Source: Antedon mediterranea | Taxonomy: Eukaryota > Animalia > Echinodermata | NCBI RefSeq assembly: GCF_964355755.1 | Contig: NC_092670.1 | Span: forward strand, 2,470,201 to 2,534,200 | DNA: 64,000 bases | Direction: 5' to 3' | Part shown: in pieces, positions 49,043-62,428 of the stretch | How the letters are laid out: each line of letters starts with the position of its first letter | Numbering within the stretch: position 1 is the stretch's first letter | Notes under the pieces: generated by a model | What the model was told of the DNA's origin: nothing | Database searches by the model: none | Seen by the model: only the letters and a program-made list of their open reading frames with translations | Made by a program: the position numbers and the translations under genes

Positions 49043-49640
49043 TAAGCCTATCGGATGTTGTGATATGGCCAGTTGAATTTAAAAAGTAGTTTTTTCATCT
49101 CTTTCGTCACATTTATAACAAATTTCTTCCAAACCTTATATTTTTTTGCTCAATTCATTATCTTTCGAAATTGTCATCTTCAAGTTTATTTTGATAACGT
49201 CATCATACCAAAAAATTAGAACATGGTGTGGTTCCCGTAATTTCACCTATGTTACACTGTATATAGATATACAGTACACTGTACAGTATATATTATGTTC
49301 TATGACACAAAATAGGCACCAATCAGCACCATAAGCACCAGATAAGAGGATTGCATAAATCAATATTTTGCGGTCATATTTAACGTACGTACTTTTTTTT
49401 TAAAAATTAAATCTCACAGAGAAATTCGCAGTAAGATATTCGAGGCCTAATTTAAAAAAAAAATAAATAAATAAAAATGGTACATTATTGAGTGTTTTGT
49501 TTGTCTATGGTGAAAATAAAAGTGGATTTGTTTCTGCTGTCAAAAAGACAAAAGGGACATCCAAGTTCATCAACTCAGTGATTAGCATATTTTTATTGTG
49601 CTATTTGTAGGCTATCTGCCCACCAACTGATTCACGTATA

Positions 49641-50482
49641 CCGTATATTTCGGTGTATAAGTCGCACCTGTGTATAAGACGCACCCCCAACTGAGAGTAA
49701 AATATCGGTATTTTTTATATCGTCGATGTATAAGACGCACCTTATATTTCACCAAAACATCATTTTTTTAAATTTTAATCAATATTATTGTAATAATATA
49801 TTTTGTTATATCTACAACGGCGTCCTTTATTTAGGTTTTTTCTTACCTAGGCTCGGCCGCGCCCAGCCTCAATAAGTTCTTTCTAACTTGTTATTCATGA
49901 GTTTCGCCGCAACATCGAGTGCATGACCGTGTGTGTAACACGCACGTGTGTGGGCTAGCCTCGCTCGATCATTTCGAGAGGGCGCACGTTTTCACGGACA
50001 ATCGTATTCGATTAGTATCTATGTATCCGAGAAGTGTGTACGCTAGGTCCATGCTATAATCACCTGGAGAATATACTAGTCGAATACCGTACACCATGTG
50101 GCCACCAAAAGAAGGGCTTGCGCTTGGGGTACGGCGATCGTGCGTATAACTACTGTATAAATAAATACTATTCCAATCGTACATAAACGTTTACAAATGA
50201 AATTTTATCGGAGCGCCATAATGAACAAATCTTTTCATCATATTTAGTATAACATCATGCTAAAATTACTTGAAAACTAGGCAGAAGCAGGTTGCCGTTA
50301 CGTTAGTTAGTTACTGTAGCTAGGCCTAGCCTACTCAGGCCTAGCAAACGAGGTGACGATAGCCTAGGCCTATATGTACAATCTGTGTGGTGAGGCATTT
50401 ATGTTCGGTGTATAAGACGCACCCTTAATTTAGAGGTCAAATTTGCGTGTCAAAAGTGCGACTTATACACCGAAATATACGG
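49641..50482. mobile_element. Tc1/mariner (pogo/Tigger-like) MITE
   Basis: Perfect TIRs CCGTATATTTCGGTGTATAAGTCGCAC / GTGCGACTTATACACCGAAATATACGG flanked by TA on both sides, with internal TATAAGACGCAC repeats. Confidence 0.9.
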
Positions 50483-50514
50483 TAGATGAGTGGAAATAGA
50501 CTTTTCAGTCAAAC

Positions 50515-52557
50515 AACTGCGTTAATTCCTGGCCAGTATACTGATTGTCTGGCTCTCAGTCTGGTCTTCTCAGTTCCTTGGTGTTGTTTGTGGAGTATGT
50601 TTAGGATTCTTGGTCTCATCTCTTTTGGTATGATGATTCTGGAGCCTTTGAGAATTCTACCATCGTGTATCGCTAGTTCGTATCTATGTTGCCAATACGC
50701 ATGTGTAGTGTAGTTTCGTTACACTGGTTTTTTTCGTTTGGCCAGCCATTCAGTATAATTTTGCTGAGTTCTTGTAGCATGTTGTCTGCTGCGGTTGATT
50801 CTTTTATTTTATCTAAGACGAATGATTTTGTATCAGTCAGTTCGTTAATCTGGACATCAAGATCAGGAATTTGAAATGTTCTCTGATTAGTGTCTATGCA
50901 GCGCGAGAGGCAGTCTGCTATCGGGACTTCTTTGCCTGGTACATATTTGATTGTGCCTTTGTAATCCTGCATTTGCAGCATCAGTCGTTGGAGTCTGCTT
51001 GGCATTTTTTAGATGTCCTTCTTGGCGATGTCTTCTAATGGTTTGTGATCAGAGCAGATTGTGAATTCGCGTCCAAACACATAATATCTGAAGTGTTTTA
51101 TGGCCCATACGACAGCTAATGCTTCTCTCTCAATGTTACTGTAATTTTTCTCTGCAGGAGTTAGCGATTTTGATGCGTAATGTATTGGTTTATCTTGTTG
51201 CATGAGCACTGCTCCAATGCCTTTCTTTCATGCTTGCATCACATTGGATTGTGATCTCTTTCCTGGCATCAAAATAAGCGAGGACTGGAGTGTTTATGAT
51301 GGCGTCTTTTATGTTGTCGAGCGCTTTGTCATGGCTCGTTGTCCATTCATATACTGCATCCTTCTGTAGTAGCTTCCTTATAGGCTCTGTTAGATGGCTC
51401 AGCTTCGCAAACTTGGACAGATATTGTACTAGTCCCAAGAGCGATTGCAATTCATGTTTGTTGGCAGGTGCTTTTAGGTTCTGTATTGCTGTTACCTTTG
51501 CTGGATCGGGTGAAATTCCTTCTTTGCTGAGTACATGTCCGAAGAGCTTGACGTTTCGCTTGTTAATTTGGCACTTATCAGGGTTTAGTTTGATGTTTTC
51601 CTTTCTACATGCTTTCATGACATCTTGTATGGCCTTCTCATGTTCATTACTAGTTTTGGCTGCTATTAAGATATCATCTTTGATGCAGAAGACATTAGGA
51701 ATATTGCCAAATATGCCATCTAGGTCCACTTGGAAAACGTCTTGTGCAGATATCAGTCCAAACGGTAGTCTTGTGAAACAAAATCTCCTGTAAATTGTAC
51801 TGAATGTTGTCAATAGTTGTGATCTGTTGGTAAGTGGTATATTCCAATACCCGCTTCGGAGGTCTAGCGTTGAAAAGTAATTCGCCTCGCGCAGATCTGG
51901 GAGTATGTCATCTAAGGTTTTCGCGTAGTAGTGTGGTATTTTCACAGCCTTATTGAGGTCATGAGGATCCAAACAAATACGGAGTGTTCCGTTCGGTTTT
52001 GTTACGAGTACGATGTTACTGACCCAGTCCGTTGGTTTGCGCACTTCCTTTATGATTCCTAGGTCAGTTAATCTGTTTAGCTCATTGGGTAGCGGTATCT
52101 TCAGTGCCTCTGGCGTTCTTCGGGCTGGCTTTATGGTTGGTTCCGCATCTTGTGTTAGTTCGATATCATATTCATTCTGGATTTTTCCTACTCCTTTGAA
52201 TGTCTCGTGATTTTCTTTAATGAGTTGCTCTTTTGTTGTGATGTTTTCACACTCTTCAATATCAAAGTTTGTGCAACAGTTTTGCTCTTTCTCACATGGG
52301 TATCGGACAATGTTTAGCTTGCAGCATAGATCATGGCTGATCAAGTTGTTACCTTTCTCGGTTATGATAAACTCCACATTGTTCAATTTCATCCGATTGT
52401 GTTCAACACTACGTGCTGAAGCTTTGCCAAGGTTTTTGATTGGTATGTTTCCATAGCCTGTGAGGTTTACTGGCGATTTCTCAGTTTGATGACGGGGACC
52501 AAATAGAGCTCTGTATGTGCTGTGATTTAGTATATTTTTTCGCGGCACCTGTGTCAA
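50515..52557 (-). pseudogene. Gypsy pol (protease C-part, RT, RNase H, integrase N-terminus), frameshifted
   Basis: LRICLDP.DLN, LDLRSGYW, RLPFGL, IKDD, CDAS, YASKSL...YSNIEREAL, SDHKPL, split over four ORFs. Confidence 0.9.
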
Positions 52558-53530
52558 CTTTCGCTTTAAGGCGTATGCTCTGTTGGTGGTCGGTTCTAAC
52601 TATTATGACAGCGTATTTTACACCTCTGGTTGATCTGCTTTCGCATGTATCAATGTTAATCACGTCAAGGTCAAACCCGTAGTTTGCTGGGTCATCGAGG
52701 TCATATGCGGTCGTCTGTATTTCATGCGCATGTCTGGGGTTCTTTTGCCCAGACAAGCATTTCTTGGCCCAGTGGTTTCGTTTTCCGCATTTTCTGCATG
52801 ACTGGCCATACGCTGGACACTGTCTTGGTTTGTGTACCGTTCCACAGTTTCGGCACTCTGGGCTCCCAGATGCGTTAGTGTTTTTGTTTTGCTTTTTGTG
52901 TTTGTTGTATTTAGGCTTGTTGTAGTTTACTGCCTCTACTTTGCTGTTAGTCTCGTGATCCAACGCTTTTAATTGCTTGTCTGCTGCCTCGCTGATTCTC
53001 AAACTTTCTAGTGTTGTTTTCAGATCAGTGTTTTTGTCTTTTAGACGAAAGATTCTGGCTTTCGCAGCCGCGTCAGAGCATCCTATTACTAGTTTGTCTC
53101 TTAGCATCTCGTCTTCTTTCGTATCAAACTTGCATTCTTCTGCCAATTGTCTTAGACGGACAAAATATTGGTCGATGGTCTCGCCAGTTTCTTGTTTTGC
53201 CGTGTAAAATCTGTGCCGTTCGTATAGAACATTCCTTGTGGGCTTAAAATGTTCCTGTACCTTTGCTAATATTGTGTCATGGTCTGTCATTTCTGCGTCT
53301 GTGAGCCCTAATGTTTTTAGTCTCTTACGGCAGTCATCTCCCATGATTGATTTTAGTGTAGCAATTTGAATGTTAGTGTTCTTTTTGTCAAGGCCTACAG
53401 CAATTCTGTAATCTACCCAGGCCTCCTTGAAAGTTATCCAAGCCTTCTCTAGGTTACCGCTTCCCGCAAAGGTCATTGCCTTTGGCGGTGGGATTGCGTA
53501 AGCCATGATATGGTGTACGTCGTTGTACAA
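52481..53530 (-). CDS. Gypsy gag (two Cys/His knuckles) plus start of the aspartic protease
   Basis: ERHRF...Q..GETIDQY...LR.LA..CKF, LRDKLVIG, CRNCGTVH...CPAYGQSCRKCGKRNHWAKKC, KVDTGA. Confidence 0.9.
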   Translation of the reverse strand: MYNDVHHIMAYAIPPPKAMTFAGSGNLEKAWITFKEAWVDYRIAVGLDKKNTNIQIATLKSIMGDDCRKRLKTLGLTDAEMTDHDTILAKVQEHFKPTRNVLYERHRFYTAKQETGETIDQYFVRLRQLAEECKFDTKEDEMLRDKLVIGCSDAAAKARIFRLKDKNTDLKTTLESLRISEAADKQLKALDHETNSKVEAVNYNKPKYNKHKKQNKNTNASGSPECRNCGTVHKPRQCPAYGQSCRKCGKRNHWAKKCLSGQKNPRHAHEIQTTAYDLDDPANYGFDLDVINIDTCESRSTRGVKYAVIIVRTDHQQSIRLKAKVDTGAAKKYTKSQHIQSSIWSPSSN

Positions 53531-53692
53531 CGCTACTCACGGTTTCACGTTTTTTATTTGTTGGACGCCTCACTGCGACGTTCTCTCGGCGCTCTGTCGG
53601 CGGTGCAGGGGTTAGCTAGCCTAGCTGACTTTCTCGTTATTTTACGCAAAGGAATCTTGATTAATTCTCCTGTCCTTTGGTCGGGGTCACCA

Positions 53693-53872
53693 TGTTAAGT
53701 TATGTTTTCACTATGTTATAGATACTGAAACTAGAGACAGATGTAAATACAAATAAAGACTGTTATTTTATTCAGCTCAAGAAGTCGTGTCTCCATAACA
53801 ACCTCGTGTCTCTCGTGCGCCCTCTATATCTTCTAGAAGATCATATTAATTATTTAGTACAATAATGTAACA
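53693..53872 (-). repeat. Gypsy 5' LTR (180 bp), followed by a tRNA-Trp primer binding site at 53692-53680
   Basis: TGTTA...TAACA termini and AATAAA inside. Immediately followed by TGGTGACCCCGAC, complementary to the tRNA-Trp 3' end. Confidence 0.85.
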
Positions 53873-53935
53873 ACTAACTTTTAGAAAACTGTATCGGCTG
53901 CCAAGGGTCGCTGTCATTGATAAAAATAAATAAAT

Positions 53936-54738
53936 ATGGAACGCCGTTTACGGAACATTTCGATGATATGAATTTTATGACGCGATATGTGAATGAAATG
54001 CATCGATATGAATTAAATGGTGCGATATATGAATGAAATGTGTTGAATTGAATGCTTTGAATTGAATATTTTGAATGAAATGTTTTGAATGAAATGTTTT
54101 GAATGAAATGTTTTAAATGAAATGTTTTGAATGAAATGTTTTGAATGAAATGTTTGAATTGAATTGAAAAGTCAAACTATTGGTGGCGTATGTCATTCTC
54201 GCTCGCGATTATTTTCTCAACCTCTTAGGCCTAAGCCTGGGTACCCTCATCTCCTTTCTTCCACGCTGCCTTTACAGAGAATCCTAACAGACCTGGGTTC
54301 GGAAATATGTATTCCAATGTTTCAGGTCTGTTAGGGAGTCTCTGTAAAGGATTCATATTGATGACAGCGTTGAAAGGGGATGAGGGTACCCATGCTTAGG
54401 CCTATTAAGAGGTTGAAAAAAAATCGCGAGCGGGAATGACATACGCCGCCAATAGTTTGACTTTTCAATTCAATTCAAACATTTCATTCAAAACATTTAA
54501 TTCAAAACATTTCATTCAAAACATTTCATTCAAAACATTTCATTCAAAACATTTTATTCAAAACATTCAATTCAAAACATTTCATTCAAAACATTTCATT
54601 CAAAACATTCAATTCAAAGCATTCAATTCAAAACATTTCATTCATATATCACGCCATTCAATTCATATCGATGCATTTCATTCACATATCGCGTCATAAA
54701 ATTCATATCATCGAAATGTTGCGTAAACGGCGTTCCAT
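53936..54738. mobile_element. Foldback MITE (whole element palindromic) with 14-bp internal tandem repeats
   Basis: ATGGAACGCCGTTTACG...CGTAAACGGCGTTCCAT ends, (GAATGAAATGTTTT)n mirrored by (AAAACATTTCATTC)n, and flanks AAATAAAT on both sides (possible 8-bp TSD). Confidence 0.88.
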
Positions 54739-55409
54739 AAATAAATGTTGATTTGATTTAAGTTTAGAGCGAATGATTTTCGTATGTATTTCCGACTGTT
54801 GTGCTCTTTCTCTATTTTAAGTAATAAAAGCCAGAATGCGCCCTCTCTTGTTGGGAGTGAAAATACGGAGATAAAATGTTATAGCGCCGCCATCGCTAAG
54901 AGAAAAAAGTTAATACGCATGCGTAAGCAAGCATTTTTTGTCTTAAGACATAATTTGCTGCCCTCTAGAGTTTAATTTTGCGCATGTGCAAAGTAAAATT
55001 TACCTAAGACAATTTTTCTGCTAAGACATTGCTAAGACGGTTTGATAAATAAGATTAAGTTATTTGCTTAAGCACTTCTTAAATATTTCACCTTAAGCAA
55101 AAATATAAGCAAATATTGATAAATGCCAACCCTGAACTATTACTTTAATCCATTTAATAAAAGAAGGACCAAATCCAAATTTTGGATTTTTTTTGCGTTT
55201 TTAACATTAAATTTCTGTTTACCGAATCAAACGCTTTTGCAAAATCGAGGAAAATTAAGGCGCCGGGTTTGTTTTTGATAGTAAAATAAAGTATATCTTC
55301 TACAAGTCTTATGTTTCCACCAAATCTTCCAGTAATGTAACCTTTTTGATCAGAATGTATAATAGTTGATATTACTTTTTGTAAGCTGATTGATAGAACA
55401 TGAGCTAAT

Positions 55410-56470
55410 ATCTTTTATATAACACCTAAATAAATTCCTGTCATTTGATTGAACGATTGTGGGTCACATGGCGTGCAATAGTACGCACTATTAAACGATC
55501 GTTTAATAGTACTTTTTGAAACATTTTTGTGTACGAAAAAAAAACGTCTCGCGGATGAAAAAAAATCTAGTACACAAATTATCCTATGATATGGCTCTGT
55601 ACTGTGAAATACAACAGCGTCACCTGTCGTCTGGCCTCAGTTTCGTTTTTCTTTTAAACATTTGTGTACGAAAAAAAAACGTTTCGCGGATGAAAAAAAA
55701 ATCTAGTCGCCTACACAAATTACCCTATGATATGGCTCTGTACTGTAAAATACAACAGCGCCACCTGTCGTCTGGTCTCAGTTTCATTTGTAAACACCAC
55801 CGCAAGATATGCAACAGCAGCAGATATTTGTGTATGATTTGGACATTATGTACTATTTTCATTCAAAAAGGCATTTAAATTAGCTTTAGATCGTTTTTAG
55901 GATTTTGATTAATTAATGGGGACATCCCTACAAGACGTGGAATTGTTGGAAAAACCATAATTAGCTTAGATAAGTTCCAATTGTCTGTCGAAGTTTTGCC
56001 TTTCAGCCAAGCTAGCCTAGACTTTAGTACTACACTAGGCTACTACTAGGCTAGGTCTAGCCTAGGCCATGCTAGTATTAGGCTAGGCCTAGCCTAGGCG
56101 TTTTAGCCTTGCTAGGCCTAGGATTGTTTGGTCGTTTGTTGACATAATTAACACAAAGTAGGTGTGTTTACGAAATCCATATGAATATAACATTTAATAT
56201 AAAATTATTAAAAACCAAATGTTACTGTTTTTAATCAATGTGAATGAAATGTAGTAGTAACTAGGCCTAGTAGGCTTTGGCTAGGGCTACCTTTTATTTG
56301 ATTCAAATTACAAGAATTTATTTAGATGTTATATAAAACAAATAATAAATGTTTTGTATTCGTGTAATGGTACAAATAATGGCACTCGGCTCATCGCCTC
56401 GTTGAAATATAACCTTTCATCATTCACCTCGTGCCATTATTTGTACCATTACTTGTACCATTACACTCAT
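55410..56470. mobile_element. Non-autonomous repeat with subterminal inverted repeats and an internal duplication of about 140 bp
   Basis: TTTTATATAACACCTAAATAAATT (55413) vs AATTTATTTAGATGTTATATAAAA (56315). 55518-55645 is repeated at 55656-55785. Confidence 0.5.
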
Positions 56471-56479
56471 AAACATTCA

Positions 56480-57570
56480 TTATTTGTATAATAATCTACA
56501 TTAATGAGTGTGATAGGTCGCCAGTTTTCTAACTTCTCTCTTTGTCCACTTTTGAAAAGTAATTGAATTATACCTCTCCTTTGTGAATTTGAAAGTATAT
56601 TGTTGTGATAGTTCAGAGCTGTACACAGCATTTCTTTTATATGGTCCCAAAACTTTCTGTAAAATTTAACACTCAAGCCATCAGATCCTGGGCTTTTATA
56701 AGGTGCATTTTTAAAACAGCATTTGTGCATTCATCAACTGATAATAATCCCTCACATTTAGTATAGTCATCAATTGAAAGTTTGCTTACATTTGATCTGT
56801 GTAAGTACTCATTAATTTTATGATCAGGGATATTTTTTTTTGCATATAGCTGTCTGAAGAAACTTACTTCTTCCTTTAAAATTTCAGATGTGTCTGATGT
56901 GTATTTTCCATTACTTTTTAATACTGAAGTAATGTGTTTTCTTTTTGCGTTGGATTTTTCTAATCCTAAAAAGAATTTAGTGTTTTTTTCTCCCTTTTCA
57001 AACCAGTCCAATCGGGATCTAATTTGGGCGCCGTGTGCTTCAATTGAATATATATCATTAAGCTCTTTCTGGATGTTGCTTAATTGGATATTTGTTTCAT
57101 CATCATATGCAATATCAAGTTTATTTGTTAATTATTTGACTTTTTTTGAACAATTCTTCTTTATTAACTTGTCTTTTTTGTTTCTTTTGTTTACAATATG
57201 TGCTAGAAAATGTTTTGATCTTAACTTTTAGGTATTCCCAGAGGAGGTCCGGGCTAAGATTATTTTCATTATTTTTTACATTTTTAATTATTCTGATTAT
57301 GTTTACATTGTAATCATTATCATTTAAAATGCCGTTATTAATTTTCCAAAGTCCAGGACCTTTTTCTGCTTGGTGGTTTACAATTTTAAGAGAGATTGCT
57401 TGATGATCAGAACAGATAGATGGTCTAATGTCGCAATACACAATTTCACCGTTTTTATAGAGGGCGTTCGAAACACACCAAAAATCTAACCTTCTGTATG
57501 TTTCTTTTCGTTTCCACGTATACTGAGTTTTGTTTTTGTGGCATTGTCTCCATATGTCAAACGTTATTGA
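56480..57570 (-). pseudogene. Decayed L1/Tx1-type LINE ORF2 fragment
   Basis: RLDF, SDHQAI...GPGLWKIN, WEYLK, W.EKGEKNTKFFL.LEK, KSPGSDGL...FYRKFW, L.NWRPITLINVDY across frameshifted ORFs. Confidence 0.88.
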
Positions 57571-58844
57571 TGTTAATAAATTACAAAGTTAGTTTTCATA
57601 AATAGAATTTGTTTACATTTTTATAAAATGTTGTTATTATACAAATTTTTATAAACATTTCACAAAAAAAAAACCTTTTATGGCCAATAGTTTTTGAGAT
57701 TATAGAAATGTGTACTACCAGTACAGGTCAAATGTCAATAAAAAGATTTTAAGTAATTTTCTTGAAAAAGTTCTCATTAGACTGAATAGAAACTTATACC
57801 TTTAGATTAATTTGAGCCCTATTTAAAGTTTATCTAACTGTTAATTATGGAGTTATATCATATGTAGGTCAAAGGTAAAAAATTCCAAAAATCATACTTC
57901 AGGCCATTTTTGGACAAACTTTTTCAACAAATATTAATATGCATCTTCTAAATAATTTGACACTAAAATTATTTCATTTAATCTAAGCATTGCAAAGATA
58001 TTATTTTGACCATTTTGTTTTCAATGGGTCAGAGGTCAAAGATGAATTTTAGAAATTTGACAACATGAGTTTTTATAACCAGCATGCTTCAAATATTCAT
58101 AAAATGCAATGTTTACACTTTCCCCATGATTTGCACACAAAAATACATAGGGAACTGAACTAACTATTTTAAATTTTAAAAAGCCCTTTAAATGCATCTG
58201 TTTCCTAATGTGTAACTCCTCATTCCGATTTTATGTGAAGCGCTATATAATTGAAATAATAAAAATAATTTAAGGAATGATGAATAATGATAAAAGTGAT
58301 TCCATTACCTGCATACATGTTGTAAATTCAATTTTCTATCTTCATTTCTGAAAATTATGAAATTGTTTATTGTATTAGTTTATACTGTAGGGTAATGTCA
58401 AGCTCTTTATGATAGTCACAAAATTTCCTGTAGTCCTAATCATAACTTTATTAATAAGCTGACCAAAAATATTTGCAGACCAAAAGTTAAAAAATTAAAA
58501 AGTAAAAGTGGAGTAAACATGAGAACCAATTCTTATTAACCAATATAGCCAGAATATAATAATTTATTTATAGCCTTAATATCCATATTTGTATGCAGTA
58601 TCCTATTTAATTCAAGCATATGAAATATATTGAGATAAAGAAGACTGAATGACAAGTAAAAAAACACTGTAAATATACATTATTTCAATCAATGTTATAT
58701 TTTTGTATATTTTTTTCAATTTATTTTGTGCCTATGATATATATAAACACATCAGGCATAGGACATTAATTCTAAACCGCCCGGTGATATACTGAAATTA
58801 ATTAATTTGAAACGATAAAGATGATGAAATCTGTGAGAATGAGT

Positions 58845-58925
58845 AAAAGTCGCCCCAACCGAGACTCGAACCCGGAACCATCTGCTTGATACAGTATGCA
58901 GATGTCCTAACCATTGGGGCTTTCA
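58845..58925 (-). repeat. tRNA-derived (SINE-head-like) sequence
   Basis: The minus strand has a B-box GGTTCGAGTCT and a TGGTTAGG A-box remnant. The cloverleaf is disrupted. Confidence 0.5.
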
Positions 58926-61900
58926 TGGTATTGTTCAAACTTGATTGGCTGTCGACTCTCAAACACTCTCGGCATGGTATGGCGGAACAGCACTAGTCCC
59001 TCAATTGTACTATATATACAATTTTTCAGAAATTAATATATATATTTTTTTGGCCCTAATGAGCTTTTGTATACTCCTGTCATCAGTTATTGACATCTTT
59101 ACACATGATTTGTAATAAATCACCAATTAGCTCTTTAAATATTATTGTGTAGTAAATGCTATTCTTTATGATAGGCCTAACATCAATCATTGTTATGAAT
59201 AAAAAGAACGACTTATGTAAATGTTTATCAAATGGTAGAAGATATGTCACACCAAAAACAGTGCATCATAAAATAACTACTGTACTAAAAAAAGAACTTT
59301 TAAAATTACACCAACTCAATTGACCCATGATGAATACGAATTAGCAAGTAATATTTTCGAAAAACAGTGGCAAATATTTCTGACCATGGCATGGAAGAAA
59401 CGAAATGATACATATAATACAATTCCTTCTCAAACTTAATTTATACATTTTCTTAGTTTTTAATCTTTCTTAGTCATTTTTTTCTAGTATATATAGTGTG
59501 TGTGTGTATTATTTTTCACTGTTAACTTGTTGCACATCTCATTGAGATTGTGCCTCTGATTTAAAAGAGATACAATAAAAGTTTAGTTCAACATTTTAAT
59601 AATTAACCTTAATTTATTTGTGGTATTATAGAGAAAATTAGTACCTGTTTCTTCCTAATGTAAATCTTACACTATAGCACGAGCCCGAGCACGAGTCAGT
59701 CATATACAGTAGGTGATACAAGGTGGGGCTGCAGACAATGCATATTGATGATTTTATTCAATTTTGTGATGCCTAAAATCACTCAGCCATGACCTTAGTT
59801 ATAATAACAATGCAACTGCTGTAAGTTTATACAATTTCTATTGGACCCTGTAAATATGAAACGCCAAATTCACTGCTAAATTAAAAACTAAATTTAATCG
59901 AAAGACAGCAGTTTTGTTTTTTCAATGTTTCCTTAGTTTATGTTATATTATCAGCCTATTATGTCTAAATTAGAAAGAACAAGTTTTGGTATCCATGAAT
60001 GACGTTCTTTACAATGCAAGCTGTGATAACTGTGCAAACAACGTATAGTCTATGGATTGGCATAAATCACATAAATAGACCTAAAAGTTGATGAGCAAAC
60101 CAAGAATTCAAGCATATCTGTTAAATTATGAAATTATATTGAGGTAAAGATAAGACTTAAAGACAAGTAAAAACCTGACTGTTAATATAGATTATTTCAA
60201 CCAATCATTGTCAATATTGTCATAGTTATCAGATGTGATTATGATTAAATGCTTTAATTCAAATATTTGTTTTTGTTTCATTTTCAGAGAGACTAGGGAT
60301 AAAGATGCAAAGAAAGTAAATAACTATGAAAATCTGACTTGTTTTTTAAAAGGCTAAACATTGCCGAAAATGATCATTTTTTTGCCATGCGAACAAATGT
60401 CAACAAAATTACACCCTCTGTTGGTGAATGCATAAATTACAAATATTTTCAAAATAATAATTGCATATAATTACGTGTATAATAATAATAATAATCATAA
60501 TGTATGATTAAAATATAAACCAAACTTGAATTTACCTACTCCCCTCATCATCTTTAAACACTGTGTGCCATGGTTTGTAATAACAACCACTAATAGCTTA
60601 TTCAATTAAGTATTTAAAGTTGTTGTTGATAATGCTATTCTTATGATAGGCCTACATCAAAGATTGATTTGAATAAAAACGAAAATAGACTTCCTTTTGT
60701 AGGCCTATATCAAATAGTGGAACTAGTTACATCACATCATCAAAAACAGTGTATCATAAAATAACTACTAAAAAATCAGTTTAACATTTTAGTAACTAAC
60801 CTTAATTTCTTTGTGGTATTACAGAGAAATTAGTACCTGTTTCCTCCTAATGGAAGGGTCAGTCAGTCATATACAGTAAGGTGATATAAGGTGTGGCTGC
60901 AGACTATGCATATTGATGTTATTCAATTTTATGATGCCTAAAATCACTCAGCCATGAACTTAGTTATAATAACAATACAATGCTGTTTATAATTTTAATA
61001 CACCTAACACTTGGAAGTGACTATCATGTGTTCAGTAAAGAAACCCATCTAATACTTGATAAATTTTGCAAAATATATGCCAAAAGAGCATGGAAAAAGC
61101 GCTCCGCAATTATCAATTAATAGATCTAGAGATTGTACCAGATTTCCGTTCTGTAGGCCTATTGCAGAGTAAGACTTGCATAGTGTAAATTTCTGTTGTG
61201 TTTTTTTTTTTTTTTTTTTTTGTATCAGTTGATTTTAAAATGCCTTGTCATTCATTTATTTCTTATGTTTAACTTTATACTGTAATTTGTTAATTTTGCA
61301 AATGTAATTTCTGTTCATTTTAGGCCTTTTATTTATATCTGTATTTTGTATCATCATTGTAAACAACACTTAACGGCTGCATGGAGACTTTAAATTTATA
61401 TTTACAAAACTTTAAAAACACAATTAAATCAGGATTATAATTTGAGGTATAATGGTTAATAAAACACTAAAAATAAGATTAAATATTAAATTAGGAAAAT
61501 CGAAATAATAATAAAAATAATACTACTTTAACTAAATAACAAATAAAGATCATAACTCATAACATAATTAAATGATATACAGTATTAACAAGAACATAAA
61601 TAATAAAATAATAATAAACAATATAATATTTAAATTTAATGACATTTTTAATAATAGGTCTAATAATATCTTCTTTAAAAATAACATATTAAAAACATTG
61701 ATAATAATACTAATAATAAATAATAACACTCCATCAATGTTAAGTATTGTACTTTTTGCTCTTTAGTTTCTTTTGTACAATCCGTTTTCTTCATTTAAAT
61801 GTTTTTTTTGTCTTTTATTTTCTCTTTATACTTTTATTTAGCCTTCAGGCTGACATAATGTATGTAATATATGTAAGAACGCACCGTCCAGAAGAACCTG

Positions 61901-62428
61901 TGCCGCCGATTTAAAGGCGTATGTTCAATAAAGTTATTATTATTATACAATTTCTATTGGACTCTGCAAATATGAAACGCCAGAGAAGTATTAATTTATA
62001 AGAAATTTACTGCTGGACTAATAAATTCCAATTTCATCAAAAGAAGCTGTTTTGTTTTTTAAATGTTTCCTCAGTTTATGCTATATTATCAACCTATCAT
62101 GTCTAAATTGGAAAGAACAAGTTATGGTATCCATGAATGACGTTCTTTACAATGCAAGCTTTTATAACTGTACAAATAACGTAGTCAATGGTTACAAGCA
62201 TTTGATATTGTATTGTTAATAATAGAACCATCCAAGCAATATCATGGACCTGGTTATATGAACAAATAACAAGTATGAAACGCTAAAGAATGAAAAAGAA
62301 TTGATTACAAACACACTGTTAAACACCATGGACCTATAAATTATAGGTCCATGTTTAACTGTGTATTAAATCAAGTATGTTTGTTATGAGGAGTAAAAGT
62401 AATGTTCCCCAAAAGTTTGCTATCATTG

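Larger units (their letters stand above)
50515..53872 (-). mobile_element. Gypsy/Ty3 LTR retrotransposon, 3'-truncated (5' LTR, gag, PR-RT-RH, start of integrase)
   Basis: The LTR plus PBS, gag and pol order PR-RT-RH-INT are present. The element ends after HQG.EKT..RARQSVYWPGIN, and no 3' LTR is seen. Confidence 0.92.

Noticed and set aside
49641-50515. MITE insertion as the cause of the Gypsy truncation
   Set aside because: Integrase similarity fades about 30 bp before the TIR and does not resume on the other side.
52530-52560. Programmed gag-pol frameshift in the Gypsy element
   Set aside because: The shift falls right after the protease DTGA motif in an A-run, and other frameshifts exist downstream, so it is more likely a one-base decay indel.
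58845-58925. Functional tRNA gene (also 62808-62872)
   Set aside because: The anticodon and acceptor arms do not pair properly and both lie within repeats.
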